DNA of 64,000 bases from Malacoraja senta (lineage: Eukaryota). Position 1 is the stretch's first letter; each line of letters starts with the position of its first letter. The notes beneath the pieces are model-generated. The model was not told the origin of the DNA and did not search any database. It saw only the letters and a list, made by a program, of their open reading frames with translations. The DNA lies in assembly GCA_038087875.1 (NCBI GenBank), contig CM075983.1:16926001-16990000 (forward strand), written 5' to 3'. Positions 1 to 11,580 of this stretch are shown here, one piece after another. The position numbers were made by a program, and so were the translations under genes.

Positions 1-1170
1 TTAGTTCAGCAACTGTCCTATTTAAGTAGAAACTAATAGTTAGTTGCCTGTTTTTCATTGTTGTCCAACCAGCTGCTTGTTCATTGAGAAAATATAAGGA
101 AGAACATGATTCATATTTGCCACACTATTTGTCATTATAAAGCATACATTTTCAATATACCTTGAACATTACCACTATACAATCTCTCACCATTTTAAAT
201 ATTTTCTTTTCTGCTTTGTGCACCTAACCTGAGAATATTTAAAATGGTGAGAGACTGGATAGTAGTGATGTTCAAGGTACACTTGACAACGTGTGCTTCA
301 TGATGGCAAATAGTATGGCAAGTATGAAGACAAATTTGCCTTATATAAGTGGACATCTTTTCAAATTACATTGCATGTTGTCCATTATCTCAGCTGCCGT
401 TGCCAAGTGCTAGCAACCCCTAATTAGAGTCTCCAATGTTTCCAGACAATGGTACCCATTCCAAGCGAAGATACAGTTGTCCAGGGATTGTAGTTGACTC
501 AGTGGTTCACCTCCTGTTCTAATCACAGTATTTGCCCTTGAAGCCTTCTTGCATTCTGTTCTGTATTCACAATAGCATCTATTTCTGTATCATCAACAAG
601 TTTGGAAATATGACATGTGCTCCCCTCTCCAAACTGCTGATGTAGCTTGTGGATATCTGAACTAATGCATTGATCCACATGGGACCCTACAAGTTACATC
701 CTACCAAACTGAGCAAGATCTGTGTATTCCTATTCTTTGCTTTCATGTTATTTTTAATCCTTATCAGTATATTACCCCAAATTCCAAACGCTCTAGCCTT
801 GCTGATCAACCTCTTGTGTGGATCGTATCAAAACCCTGCTAACAATCCAAATGTACCACATCCTTGGTCCCCCTCTAGCCACACAATCAAAGAACCGCAG
901 TAGAGGTTACACTTGTGAACACATGCTGATTCAATTTTATTCTCTTCAAGGTATCCTGATTTTGCATTCTCCATCTTATACAAAAAAGGTGGGAGGCATA
1001 AAGTGGGTAAACCTTAGGCTGATTAGCCTGACATGGTTTACTGGAAAATGTTAAAAGTTGTTGGAAGATTACAATGTAATCAAACTTCATGAAGGAGGAA
1101 TTTGTATTTCAAAAATTAATTAGTCTTTTGTGGAAGGCTCAACCCGCGGAGGCAGAAGGGAACCTCGCAG

Positions 1171-1424
1171 GGTGGCACTGTGGCTCAGCTGGTAGAAGTG
1201 CTACCTCACAGTGCTAGAGATCCGGGTTTGGTCCAGACCTTGGGTGCTGTTTGTGTGGAGCTTCCACATTCTCCCTGTGACCGTATGAGTTTCTCTGTAA
1301 ATTACCCCGAGAGCATAGGAAGTGGATACAGAACTAGTGTGTATGGGTGATTGATGTTCAGCATAGACACGGTGGGCCAAAGTGCCTGTTTCCATGCTGT
1401 ATCCTTCAATCAATCATCCATCAA
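1171..1424 (+). mobile_element. tRNA-derived SINE (elasmobranch HE1/V-SINE-like)
   Basis: A-box TGGCTCAGCTGG, degenerate B-box, body shared with other copies in the window, (TCAA)n tail. Confidence 0.8.
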
Positions 1425-1830
1425 TTTTGACTTCCAGAAGGTGTGCAGCTATGTGCATCATAAAAGGTTAAGTTACAAGATGAGTGTCATTGTGTTGGAG
1501 ATAACATGCTGACATAAATAGAAGATTGGCCAACAGGCAGGATGCAGTGAGTAGGAATAAATAATTCATTTTTCAAGTTGGCAACCTGTGACCAGTGAGG
1601 TGTCACTGGAAACAGTGCTGGGACTGCAAATTTTACAACATATATTAATGACTTGGAGGGATGAAGTGAACTTATAGGAGCCTGATTTGTGAATGCAAAA
1701 AAATACATAGGAGAACTGTAAAGAGAATTCAGACACTGCACAGCAAAATGTTGAAAGGTTAGGTAATTCGGCAAAAATTTGGCAAGGGGGTATAATGTGC
1801 AACCATATGAAGTTGATCATTGAGAAAGAA
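1425..1830 (+). mobile_element. Decayed CR1-type LINE RT fragment
   Basis: Residual FDFQK...SSWQPVTSEVSLETVLGLQILQ/TYINDL-like RT motifs with stops; boundaries approximate. Confidence 0.6.
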
Positions 1831-1849
1831 GAACAAGAGATTGACCATT

Positions 1850-2215
1850 AGGTTTAGATTTATTATTGTCACATCTACCGAGGTACAGTGAAAAGCTTTG
1901 TTTGTGCTTGCTATACAATCAGATCAAACACTACTATAAATAAATACAATCAAGTCAAACTCCAGTACAATAAATAGAGCAAAGGATAAGATATAGTGAA
2001 CAATATAGTTTTCAGCATTGTAACACACCTGTTCCATAGACAAAGTCCAATATCTGTAATGGGCTGGAAGTGAATCCGACAGTTCCCTTGCTTGTCATTG
2101 TACTGTTCAGAAGTCTGATAATAGAGGGAAATAAGTAATTCTTGAGTCTGATTGTATGTGCTTTCAAGCTTCTGTATGCCCAACATGAGCAAGGAGAAGG
2201 GGGATTGATTGGGCT
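1850..2215 (-). mobile_element. Rex1/Babar-like LINE 3' fragment
   Basis: Minus-strand peptide YRSLKAHTIRLKNYLFPSIIRLLN matches the Rex/Babar C-terminus, followed by a GTGACAATAATAAA tail. Confidence 0.65.
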
Positions 2216-5200
2216 GGGGCAAGTCTGAGATTCTGTTTTTGAAATGAGCTTAGATGTGTACATCCCAGACTAACAAACCCATCTGATTAGCATCTGGTCC
2301 ATTATTTTCACCACATTCTCACATCTCCACCTTGTGCATAATGTGTACCACCTTCAGCAAGTGTTGTAGTGATTCAGCAAGGCTTCTTCAACAACTTCTC
2401 CCAAACCTGCAAACTCAATCATTTAGAAGGGCGAGGAAAGCAGATGCATGGGAACTGCAGATTCCTCCAATTCATGCACCCTTCTAACCAGGAAACATAT
2501 TGTCAATTCTTCATCATTCATTGGCCAAACAAAATAACTAGAATGACAGCATTCAACAGTGCTTTCACCATAAGGAATGTGATGGGCTTGGAGAAAAGGT
2601 TACATAAATTGGGACTCCACTCATTTAAAAGATTGAGAGGGGGTCTTTTGAATCAATAGACAATAGACTTAGGTGCAGGAGTACGCCATTCAGCCCTTCC
2701 AGCCAGCACCGCCATTCAATGTGATCATGGCTGATGGCTGATCATGGCTGATGGCAGATAAGCATGACAAAATCTGAGAAGATATTTAATCTCGTGGAAG
2801 TGTACTGAATCAGATGCCATGCTCATGGTCTCAGAATAAGGGGGAATCGATTTAGGAAGGAGATGAAGAAGATTTTTTCTACTGGAGCTAATGCAATGAG
2901 GATTTGTGACAGAACAAATGTGTTACTTATTTATATTTTCCTTTAGAGTAAACATTCCTCACTGATAGATTTGCTTGTGTATCTTACTATAGTTTTATTG
3001 ATGGAATTGAAAATTGATTCATTGCAAAATAATGATTTTTTTTTTTACAGGAGAGTCTATTTCTCCACTTGTAAGAAGTTATTTGTCAAAAAACTATGCT
3101 CAACTGGTGCTATTTTCACATTCGTGCATTAATTTCTAAGTACATAATTTCTTTAAAAGTAACTTTGCGCTTTAAAAATATGCACTAATTTGAAAATACA
3201 TCAAATACTCATTATCTTCATTGTTTCTATCTGTGAGAATGGTCAGTTTGAGAATGGGACTGGCTTCAGACTGGTTGCAATTGTAACTTTAATCTAAAAT
3301 TTGTTTACCTTTTACAGTGGTGTATTTGTACAAGTGCTACCCTGAGATGTTTAACCTTATCATATATGCCTGAAGGATCCCAAGACATTACTTTCCATTA
3401 TCTTACTCAGAATTTATTCCATATTCAACAACACTAAACATATTAGCTGGTCCGTGTTCTGTAGTCATACTGTGTACAAAATAATTGCTCTATTTGCTGG
3501 TTCAGTGTAAACATTTATAAAGTAATAATTTGCTTTAAGTATTAGTTAAATGTAACTTCTTTCTTCACAGTCAGAATAAATTAAATATTGTGAACTAAAA
3601 TAGATATAAACGTGTGACCAAGTAGAAATCAAGCTCAGAATTACCAGGTGGGAACATTAGCTAATACAATTATAGACTAGCAGAAAATAAATTTTAATTA
3701 TGAGTTGGGTTATGTAGAAACTGAAAAATATACTGAGAGGAATACCTTCACTACAAGAACAGGTCAAAATCAGAGTATTCTATTGGGAGTGATTCACCTA
3801 CTAATTCTTCAGAATCTTTCCAACATGTGTAAGGCTCAAGTCAAGAGGTTGATCTGTTTGCTTAGATGAGTACATCCCAGATTAATGAGCCCATCTGATT
3901 AGCATCTGGTCTACTGTCTCCATCACTATTTCACATCTCCACCTTGTGTATCATGTGTACCACCTGCAGCAAGCGTACAGTAACTCAGCAAGGATTCTTC
4001 AGCAACTGCTCACAAACCTGCAAACTCAACCATTTAGTAGGGCTAGGAAAGCAGATGTATGGGCATTGGAGTTTCCTCCAATTCTTGCACCATTTTAACT
4101 AGAAAGCATTTTTTTGTCACTTATCACTCATGGGCCAAACTCTAGAACTAGAAAAACATCACCCCAGATGTACATTCACCACATGGAATATAGTGATTCA
4201 AGGCAGCAGCTTACCAATAACTAGAGGTCTACTTGGGATGTGCCTGGTCTTGGTTGCCCATACCACGTGAATCAATGGAGAAAAAAGGAAAGATGACAAT
4301 GCTTTAGCACATTTTAACTGTATTGAAACAGCAATATACATAATTTTAACGTTGTTTTTGCAAGTTCCATCTTTGATTATGGGTCTCCAAGAACAGCATT
4401 ACTGTTTTTTTTCCTGTTTAATGCCGTGCTGTTCCAGTTTCATCACATGGCATTTTATTGATCATTTGAAAGATCTTGCAGTCACTATTACCCAATCTCA
4501 TAGCTACCACTTTGGCAGCCAGCTGTTTGCAGGTTAGTGTAAACTGCACTATTCCAGTTACTGTAAAACTTTACTTATTTAACAATAGATGATGTCGGGA
4601 AAGACGAAGCAAGGGAGGGTGGTCCAACAGCACCAGAAGAACCTAGTCAGCTGGTGATGGACAGTGCCTACAGGAAGCACAATCTTTGTCATAGGTGCCA
4701 AGTGTGCCATCTAGGGCCACAGCCAGGTGCTCCTGGCAGGAGATTGTCAGCATCTTTACAAGAAGTACTATTATAAAGGTGCAATCCATGCACTTTGGGA
4801 AAGGTGTCCATTTTTGTTGTAAATCCCCTTATCTGCTCTGCCTACTTCTCTGAGCTAATGGGAAAGTAACAACAGTTTTTTTTAATAAGACTCTAATGTA
4901 GTAAAGTGCAGCAAACTGCCATGTGCCCGTGATCAATTGCAGCAATCTGGAATGGTCCCAAGACCAGGAAGATGAATGTGAACAACAGTGAAGGTTGTGT
5001 GTGAGCTATATTTAAGTTCACGATCTCAGTGAAGACTGTCTTGGTGAAGGTTAGCTTGCATCAACATTGCTCTTCAGAGACATCTAGCTATGAGTATCGT
5101 TCACAATAAAGACTCTCTGGGTGAAAAGGTCTTGGGCCATCCATGTATCTTCTCATGCAAGCTCTTTGATTGTCCAAGTTATCACTCATGCCTGATGTCA

Positions 5201-5682
5201 TCTTGCAAGAGAGATGTTAGGTGAAGGCAAATCTATATTGGAAGTATTTTTAGTGCCTGGTGATGTGCAGAGAGACTGCCAAGTGGTGCAGAGCAGCCCA
5301 ACAAAGAATGGAGAATTGAGTGTTGATCCTTCTGTTAGCACAATTTCTGGGAAATAGAGTTAGTAAATGCAGTTTTACACTGGAACTATGGTTTTAGTCA
5401 AAGTCAGTGATTAACTACTCTGTATGGTGCTTAGCCCTGGGAATGTGTAATGTTGCTCTGTTCCATGTTAACCCAATTTTGGTGTGAGAAGAGATTCTTA
5501 CACATCTTCAACAGTAAAATGGAGATGAAACATCTATATTTGCAACACAAATTTTCTTCATATTATTATGTATATAGCTTTTAATGTAACCATTTCTGGA
5601 CTGCAGTCCAGAACATTAAGAGATTAAAGATGAAATAGTAACTCAGTTCCCAGAATTTTTCACACCCTTTTGAGGCTCTTTT

Positions 5683-6057
5683 TAAGCTGGAAAGGGTGCA
5701 GTGAAGATTTACGAGGATGTTGCCAGGACTAGAATGCCTGAGCTTTAGGGAGAGGTTGAGCAGGCTGGGACTTTATTCCTAGGAATGCAGGAGGATGAGA
5801 GGTGATCTTCTGGAGGTGTACAAAATAATGAGAGGAATAGATAGGGTAAACACACAGTCTCTTGCCCTGAGTAGGGGAATCGAGAATCAGAGCACATAGA
5901 TTTAAGATGAGTGGGAAAAGATTTAATAGGAGGGGTAACTTTTTTAACACAATGGATGGTGGGTATATGGATCAAGCTGCCGGAGGAGGTAGTTAAGGTA
6001 GATAGTGTCGCTAAGTTTAAGAAACATTTAGACAGGTAAATGGATAGGATAGGTTAC
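5683..6057 (+). mobile_element. CR1-type (HER1-like) LINE 3' fragment, split by the ERV; continues at 11585-11680
   Basis: KLERVQ*RFTRMLPGLE...RMRGDLLEVYKIMRGIDRV; collinear with the uninterrupted copies at 17670-18010 and 32170-32480. Confidence 0.85.
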
Positions 6058-6061
6058 GAGG

Positions 6062-6549
6062 TGTTAAACTGGATTTTTTCCCCTCGATCTTTCCTCAGTA
6101 AATATACTGAACCAACACACCATTCTTGCTTCAACAAGTTTATTCGTCACCCCGGGGGACTTACTCTTGTCCACGACCTGTCACTCTCTTGGAGTTCCAA
6201 GTGTTCCCCAGAGTAAGTGGTTTACAATAGGCATAGTACAAGTATATAAGCAGTAGCAAGCAGAAGCAATTTGGGCACTTTCTTGGTCCTCCAATCATAT
6301 CATGACATGGTATGTGTGTAAAGCCAAAGGTCAGGTTCCTCAAGACAATTAAATCGCAAGCACATGATCTCATTATCACCAATGATCAGGTTAAATGACT
6401 CAAACAATTGACTCGCACATTATCACCAATGATCAGATACCTCAAAATGAGTGACTAACTTCGTCATCATAGCTACAACAGAACCCAGCATTTTTCCACT
6501 CAATGCTGTAATTTTACACTAACTTACACAGCAAAAACCTAACTCGTCA
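6062..6549 (-). repeat. ERV 3' LTR (488 bp)
   Basis: Direct repeat of 10298-11580 once two later insertions are removed; about 6 mismatches in the first 60 bp; abuts the PPT. Confidence 0.93.
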
Positions 6550-6903
6550 TTCCTCCCTTTTATCATTCCATGATAACTTACGGGCGTACCCGAAACTTAT
6601 TGAGTCATTCAAATTCCTAAGACAAGGCTGAAGATAACATGGGAGGAGGCCCTCATGGTTTCCCCCCAGTAGTAATGTTCGGGTGGGCTGTCGGAGCAGC
6701 CCAACACAATTGTCCTTTTTAGTATCATTCCAGATCCTGAAGGAGCCCACATGAGTGTCTAGGCATGGTAGGATATCGCCTTGGCAGATATGATAAGTCC
6801 AACATGGCACAGAGGGGTGGCATGTATGAATCTTGATTGTCGAGTCCTGTCCAGTCACCAGAAATAGCAACAACATCAAGGTACGGAGAGTGGTAATGTC
6901 CAT
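6547..6903 (-). CDS. ERV env-position ORF, 118 aa, predicted small secreted Cys-rich glycoprotein
   Basis: Strong Kozak (AGGATGG), hydrophobic N-terminus (LMLLLFLVTG), 7 Cys, NDT and NDS sequons, upstream splice acceptor; no TM segment. Expression unproven. Confidence 0.5.
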   Translation of the reverse strand: MDITTLRTLMLLLFLVTGQDSTIKIHTCHPSVPCWTYHICQGDILPCLDTHVGSFRIWNDTKKDNCVGLLRQPTRTLLLGGNHEGLLPCYLQPCLRNLNDSISFGYARKLSWNDKREE

Positions 6904-6999
6904 CCTCCTGAAGTGGTGACCTGTGGTAGGAGAGCCTCGACAAGGAGAAGGATTAATTGAATTGAGAAGATTTTATTTCAATGATTTGCAATGATGTAA

Positions 7000-8478
7000 G
7001 TGTATCCAGGAGCTTTTACCCTCCACTGTAGCCGCTGTGGGGGTAGTGAGGAGGATCTGAAAAGGGCCTTCCCATTGGAGTTCTCGGCCTTTTCGGACCC
7101 ATTTTTTGACCATTACAAATATGCCTGGCTGGATCGCAGGAGAGAGAAAGATTGGAATCGTTCAGTTGAACTGCTCGAACCTGGGAATGGATAAGGTGCA
7201 AAGATCGGGTTAGTGCGAGGACATACAAAGTCATTTCTTCAGTCATATGGTGGAATTCAACTGGGGCAGGGAGGAGAGTAATCCATGGTGTGCGTAAGGG
7301 TCCACCGTATATGATTTCGGCCGGGGTAAGCTTAGCCTGTCCACCTGGTGTAGTTCTGATCTGAAATAAAGCAATACGTAGCAGTTTTAACCAAGTTAGA
7401 CCTGTATCCGCCGATAATGTAGCCAGCTTGGTTTTCAGTGTCTGGTTAACCCGTTCGACCAGTCCAGCGGCCTGAGGTCGGTAGGCAATGTAGTTGCTGT
7501 CGAATTCCTAATTGGGAGCAGAATTCCTGGTTAATCAAGGTAATAAAGTGTGGACCGTTGTCGGAGCTGAGGCAAAGAGGTAAGCCGTAGTGAAGGACCA
7601 TCTCGCGCATCAAGACCTTGACCATGGTCTGGGCGCGATTATCCGTAAAGGGGTAGGCCCCAGTGCATCTGGAGAACACAGCAATAATCATTAACACATA
7701 CTTAAAATTTAAAATACTTTAAAAATCGATATAATCCATTTGAAGCGTTTGGAATGGCCCCTCTGGTAATGGGGTCACCCGTTTTTCACACACCTCACCC
7801 TTACCTGAGTTATGCTGCTGGCAGATGATGCATCGTGAGCTGATGGTGTCAGCCAAGGTGCGCAGGTGGGGGTGCCACCAGGAAGCTAAAAAGAGATTGA
7901 TAATGGCCGTAGCGCCACAACGAGTCTGGAAATGGGCACATTCTATCACCCATGGAGCTAACCCATCAGACATGCAAGTCTGACCCGCGGGGGGCCTCCA
8001 TAAGTGGGTCTGCTTATCATACATACATCTCATGGCTTTCCATGTCCCTATTACGGTTACAGGAGCGTCCTCCTGGGAACGTGTCACATCTGAGATGGTT
8101 GGCATTGCTTTTTAACGGATTCAGGTTAGAACTTTTTGTCTGCCTCATCATATGGGGCACTACCATCCCGTGGCCTTGTGCTACCATTTTGGCTGCCTGA
8201 TCGGCTGCCCGGTTACCTGTATCAACTGGTGTGTTACCTGAGGTATGGGCGACACATTTCATGATAGCCAATTTTCGGGGAAGAGTCAGGGAATACAGAA
8301 GACTCATAACTAATTGCTTATGGGAGATTTCTGTACCGGAGGAGGTAAGGAAGCTGCGATTCTTCCATAATTGCCCAAAGTCGTGGGCAACGCCAAATGC
8401 GTATCGTGAGTCTGTGTAGATGTTGACACTCTTTCCCCTTCTGGGAGTGCATGCTCGGATGAGGGCAAACAGTTCGGC
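7000..8478 (-). pseudogene. pol: ERV pol remnant: RNase H C-terminal part + integrase
   Basis: AELFALIRAC..VNIYTDSRYAFGVAHDFGQLW..GNRAADQAAK (RNase H); CIICQQHN zinc finger, LQMDYI, SSDNGPHF, GLVERVNQTLK (D,D,E integrase). Confidence 0.92.
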
Positions 8479-8479
8479 T

Positions 8480-9900
8480 CAACCAATGGGACCGGTGTGT
8501 AGCCAATCTGCAAAGCATTCTCGGCCCAAATCTGAGCGTTTACATAGCCTGAAGTGGTTGTCCTGAGGTGATGTTGAAGCGAAGCTTGTGGAAGACAAAG
8601 GGAAGAGTCAAAGTGTATCCTCAGTCCGTCAGAGTGTTGTTTTGATCCGGTCTGCCATTTGCAAAATGGCAAAAGCGCTCCAGGAATTCTTCAGCCACCT
8701 TTCCCTTTTTGGGTTTGGTTTCCAGGACCGTAGTCCTGCTTATTGGTTTGCGCAAGGCAGTAACCAAGGCTGTTAAGAAGGCTTTTTGGCGGGCTGGGGA
8801 TTGGTTTTGTGTGTCTCCAAGGTCGCATGCATCTGATGTCCTAAGTGTTCTGTGAATCTAGCGTGCTCAGTTGGACTAAGGGTCTGGTGAATTACAGACC
8901 AGAGGTCTCTAGAGTCTGCTGCATAGACTGCAATGGTGGTTCGATGAAGTCGGTGAATCTCCCTGGTTCCTTCTTTCTATCGGACATGCCTGCTAAAATA
9001 GCCATCAACTCAGTGGTCTTCCATGGGTGGTATACTTCGATGAGGGGGTGCTGTGCTACTTGCATGGCATCGGGGTTAGGCATATGCCTGACTGGGAACT
9101 GTCGGGACATCTTCTTCATCCTTCTTACTGGTTCAATTACCTCATTTAATTCCCTTTGGTCAGATGAATGCTCCGACTCCTTGGTTGAACCAGAGGAAGA
9201 TTCCGAATCATCCAACTCCTCGGATGTTCTGACAATTTGAACCGGTTGGGGTTTCCTGGGCCTGGATTTGTGCGACCTATCTTCTTTTTGAAGTTTTGAG
9301 ATGTTTTTACGGGAAGAGGTTGGTGCCATTCCCTTACTTCTGCTGCGCATCGCCACCGGATCAGTACATTCAAGATTCTCAATAGGGTTCTGGGATTGGG
9401 ACGTTGTTGGGTAGATATTGCGAGGGGGCTGTTGTGGGGCCATTGGGTGGAGACAGCTGGTCTGTCAATCGTTTTCCTCTGTCAAAGCCATACCAATCAT
9501 TGAACTGCACAGTTCTAGTTTCCTCCCTTCTCTCTACTTCCTGTTGGGTTCACTTAGAATGTGCACATTCCTTTTTTAACACTTCCGCTCCCTTGCAGGA
9601 TCCTCCTCCCATTAAACATGTACCTAATTTTGCAATATTCTCCTGCCAACTAGACAGCAACGACTTATTCTTTCCTTCCTGACAATACTTTTTCCACAAC
9701 GCAATTATCTTTTTCCTTTTTCCCCCCTTCCTTTTTTCCAAATTATTTATTCTGCCTTTTTAACTATTTCTAACTTCTTAGTCCTCCCCACAGGTCAAAA
9801 ATCTGGTCCCAGGAATTTCCTGATTACTGTCGTAACCCATTTGTCTGTTCAGGATAAATTTCACACAATCTCTGTAATGGAGGATCAGGGTCACTCATAA
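8480..9900 (-). pseudogene. gag: ERV gag (matrix/capsid), frameshifted
   Basis: Capsid-like VYHPWKTTELMAILAGMSDRKKEPGRF and MHR-like ETKPKKGKVAEEFLERF; multiple stops and frameshifts. Confidence 0.75.
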
Positions 9901-10277
9901 CATCTATGTGAATGCACATTCTCCACTTCCCTCAGTACTGACCTCTAAACAAATTCACCTCAGTACTGACCTTTAAATAAAAATAAATTTTATCTCAGCA
10001 CTGACCCTCACTACTTTTACCTCAGCACTGACCTTTTTTATTCCCTGAGTACTGACCTTTTTATTTTATTCTCTATCCGTGGTTGGCTTCTTTGATTGAC
10101 CTAAGGATCTCGTCGGGATCAAGAAAGACTCAACATCAATGATTTAACTATGTATTGCGCTTGGAGCTGGAGGAAACCAAAGTGGTAAAAATCACTCACC
10201 CCAGTGGCCGTTTTCCCGCAGTCTTGCCCAAAATCAGTCGAATACTTATTTCGCGCTGAGTTGACTTGTCTGTTGAG

Positions 10278-10295
10278 ATCCCACTTCTGACCCCA
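10278..10295 (-). promoter_or_regulatory. ERV primer-binding site, tRNA-Leu(CAA)
   Basis: TGGGGTCAGAAGTGGGAT, 2 nt inside the 5' LTR; 17/18 match to the complement of the tRNA-Leu(CAA) 3' end (TGGTGTCAGAAGTGGGAT). Confidence 0.85.
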
Positions 10296-10297
10296 AA

Positions 10298-11580
10298 TGA
10301 TAAACTGGATTATTTTCCCTCGATCTTGCCTCAGTAAATATACTGAACCAACAAACTGTTCTTGCATCAACAAGTTTATTCGTCACCCCGAGGACTTACT
10401 CTGGTCCATGACCTGTCACTCTCTTGGAGTTCCAAGTGTTCCCCAGAGTAAGTGCTTTACAATCGGCATAGTAGTATATAAGCAGTAGCAGGCAGAAGCA
10501 ACTTGGTGTGCTTTATCGACAATAGGTGCAGGAGTAGACCATTCGGCCGTATGAGCCAGCACTGCCATTCATTGTGATCATGGCTGATCATCCGCATTCA
10601 GTAACCCATTCCTGCCTTCTCACCATATCCCCTGACTCCGCTATCTTTAAGAGCTCTATCTTGGACCTCCAATCATTTCATGACACAGTTTGTGTGTAAA
10701 GGCAAAGGTCAGGTTCCTCAAGACAATTGACTCGCAAGTGCATGATCTCATTATCACCAATGATCAGGTTCCTCAAAATGAGTGACTAACTTCGTCATCA
10801 CAGCTGCAACAGAACCCAGCATTTTTCCACTCAACGCTGTAATTTTCCACTAACTTAAGGGCCTGTCCCACTTGGGCGTCATTTGCGCCAATTTTACGCG
10901 TCATTACAAAATTAGTCGACGCGTCATGACGCGTGGGTGATGCACGCATAGCGTATGGCGAGGCGTGGAATCGCATGTAGTGGCGCGCGGTATCGCGCGG
11001 CGCTCCAGGATTTCGTAGTGTACCAAAATCCTCACGCGCCACCTGCGTGACGTATCGCTTACGCACGCTGACGCATTGGCTACGCACGCTGACACATTGG
11101 CGCGCACACTGACGTCCCAACATCGCACATGTATCGCGTGGTGACGTCACCGTACATCAACGTCCGTAAACATGCAACGTCGCGCGCCGCCCATACGCAG
11201 TCGGCCCGCCTTTTACGCGTCATGTAACCTCTAACCTCGTCCACACAGACCTTTTCCTGGGTTTCTTGCTAGCCTTTCTTGTTTTACTCCTGCCTCGCTG
11301 ATCTGTAAGTATGAGGGCTGCTGCTAACAGAAGTCTCTGTTGTTGCTGTAGCAATAAAATCTGTAGTTCTTCCATGATGGTCATGGTGCAGAATAGGGAA
11401 GCAGGGTATTCTAATGACGTCATGCGCACCAGACGGCTGTGCTGACGCATGATGATGCGTGATTTGCACGTGACAGTTGCTCGACCCTTGCGTCAGTCAC
11501 TACCGGCCTGTCGCGTAAATGACGTGCAAATGACGCCCAAGTGGGACAGGCCCTTTACACAGCAAAAACCAAACTCGTCA
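10298..11580 (-). repeat. ERV 5' LTR, interrupted by a CR1-tail insert (~10518-10660) and a Harbinger MITE (10858-11554)
   Basis: Aligns to 6062-6549 in three collinear pieces. Confidence 0.92.
10858..11554. mobile_element. PIF/Harbinger non-autonomous DNA transposon
   Basis: 29-bp perfect TIR AGGGCCTGTCCCACTTGGGCGTCATTTGC, TTA TSD on both sides (single TTA in the empty 3' LTR). Minus-strand peptide ...KPRKRSVWTR resembles a Harbinger transposase N-terminus. Confidence 0.85.

Larger units (their letters stand above)
6062..11580 (-). mobile_element. Class I (gamma/epsilon-like) endogenous retrovirus, defective: LTR-gag-(pro/RT deleted)-RNaseH-IN-small ORF-LTR
   Basis: Two TG...CA LTRs (6062-6549 and 10298-11580), 4-bp TSD GAGG (6058-6061/11581-11584), PPT AAAAGGGAGGAA at 6550-6561, tRNA PBS, retroviral RNase H and integrase motifs. 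Confidence 0.93.

Noticed and set aside
1171-1250. tRNA genes at SINE heads (also ~40340-40410 and ~62050-62120)
   Set aside because: A/B boxes run straight into SINE bodies and no complete cloverleaf is evident.
3030-3080. Strong acceptor (T)nACAG followed 20 nt later by GTAAGA: possible micro-exon
   Set aside because: 20 nt would shift the frame, there is no neuroligin similarity, and no other support.
9931-10058. CRISPR-like repeat-spacer array
   Set aside because: Repeats are only ~14 bp, spacers are irregular and low-complexity, the context is a vertebrate ERV leader, and there are no cas genes.
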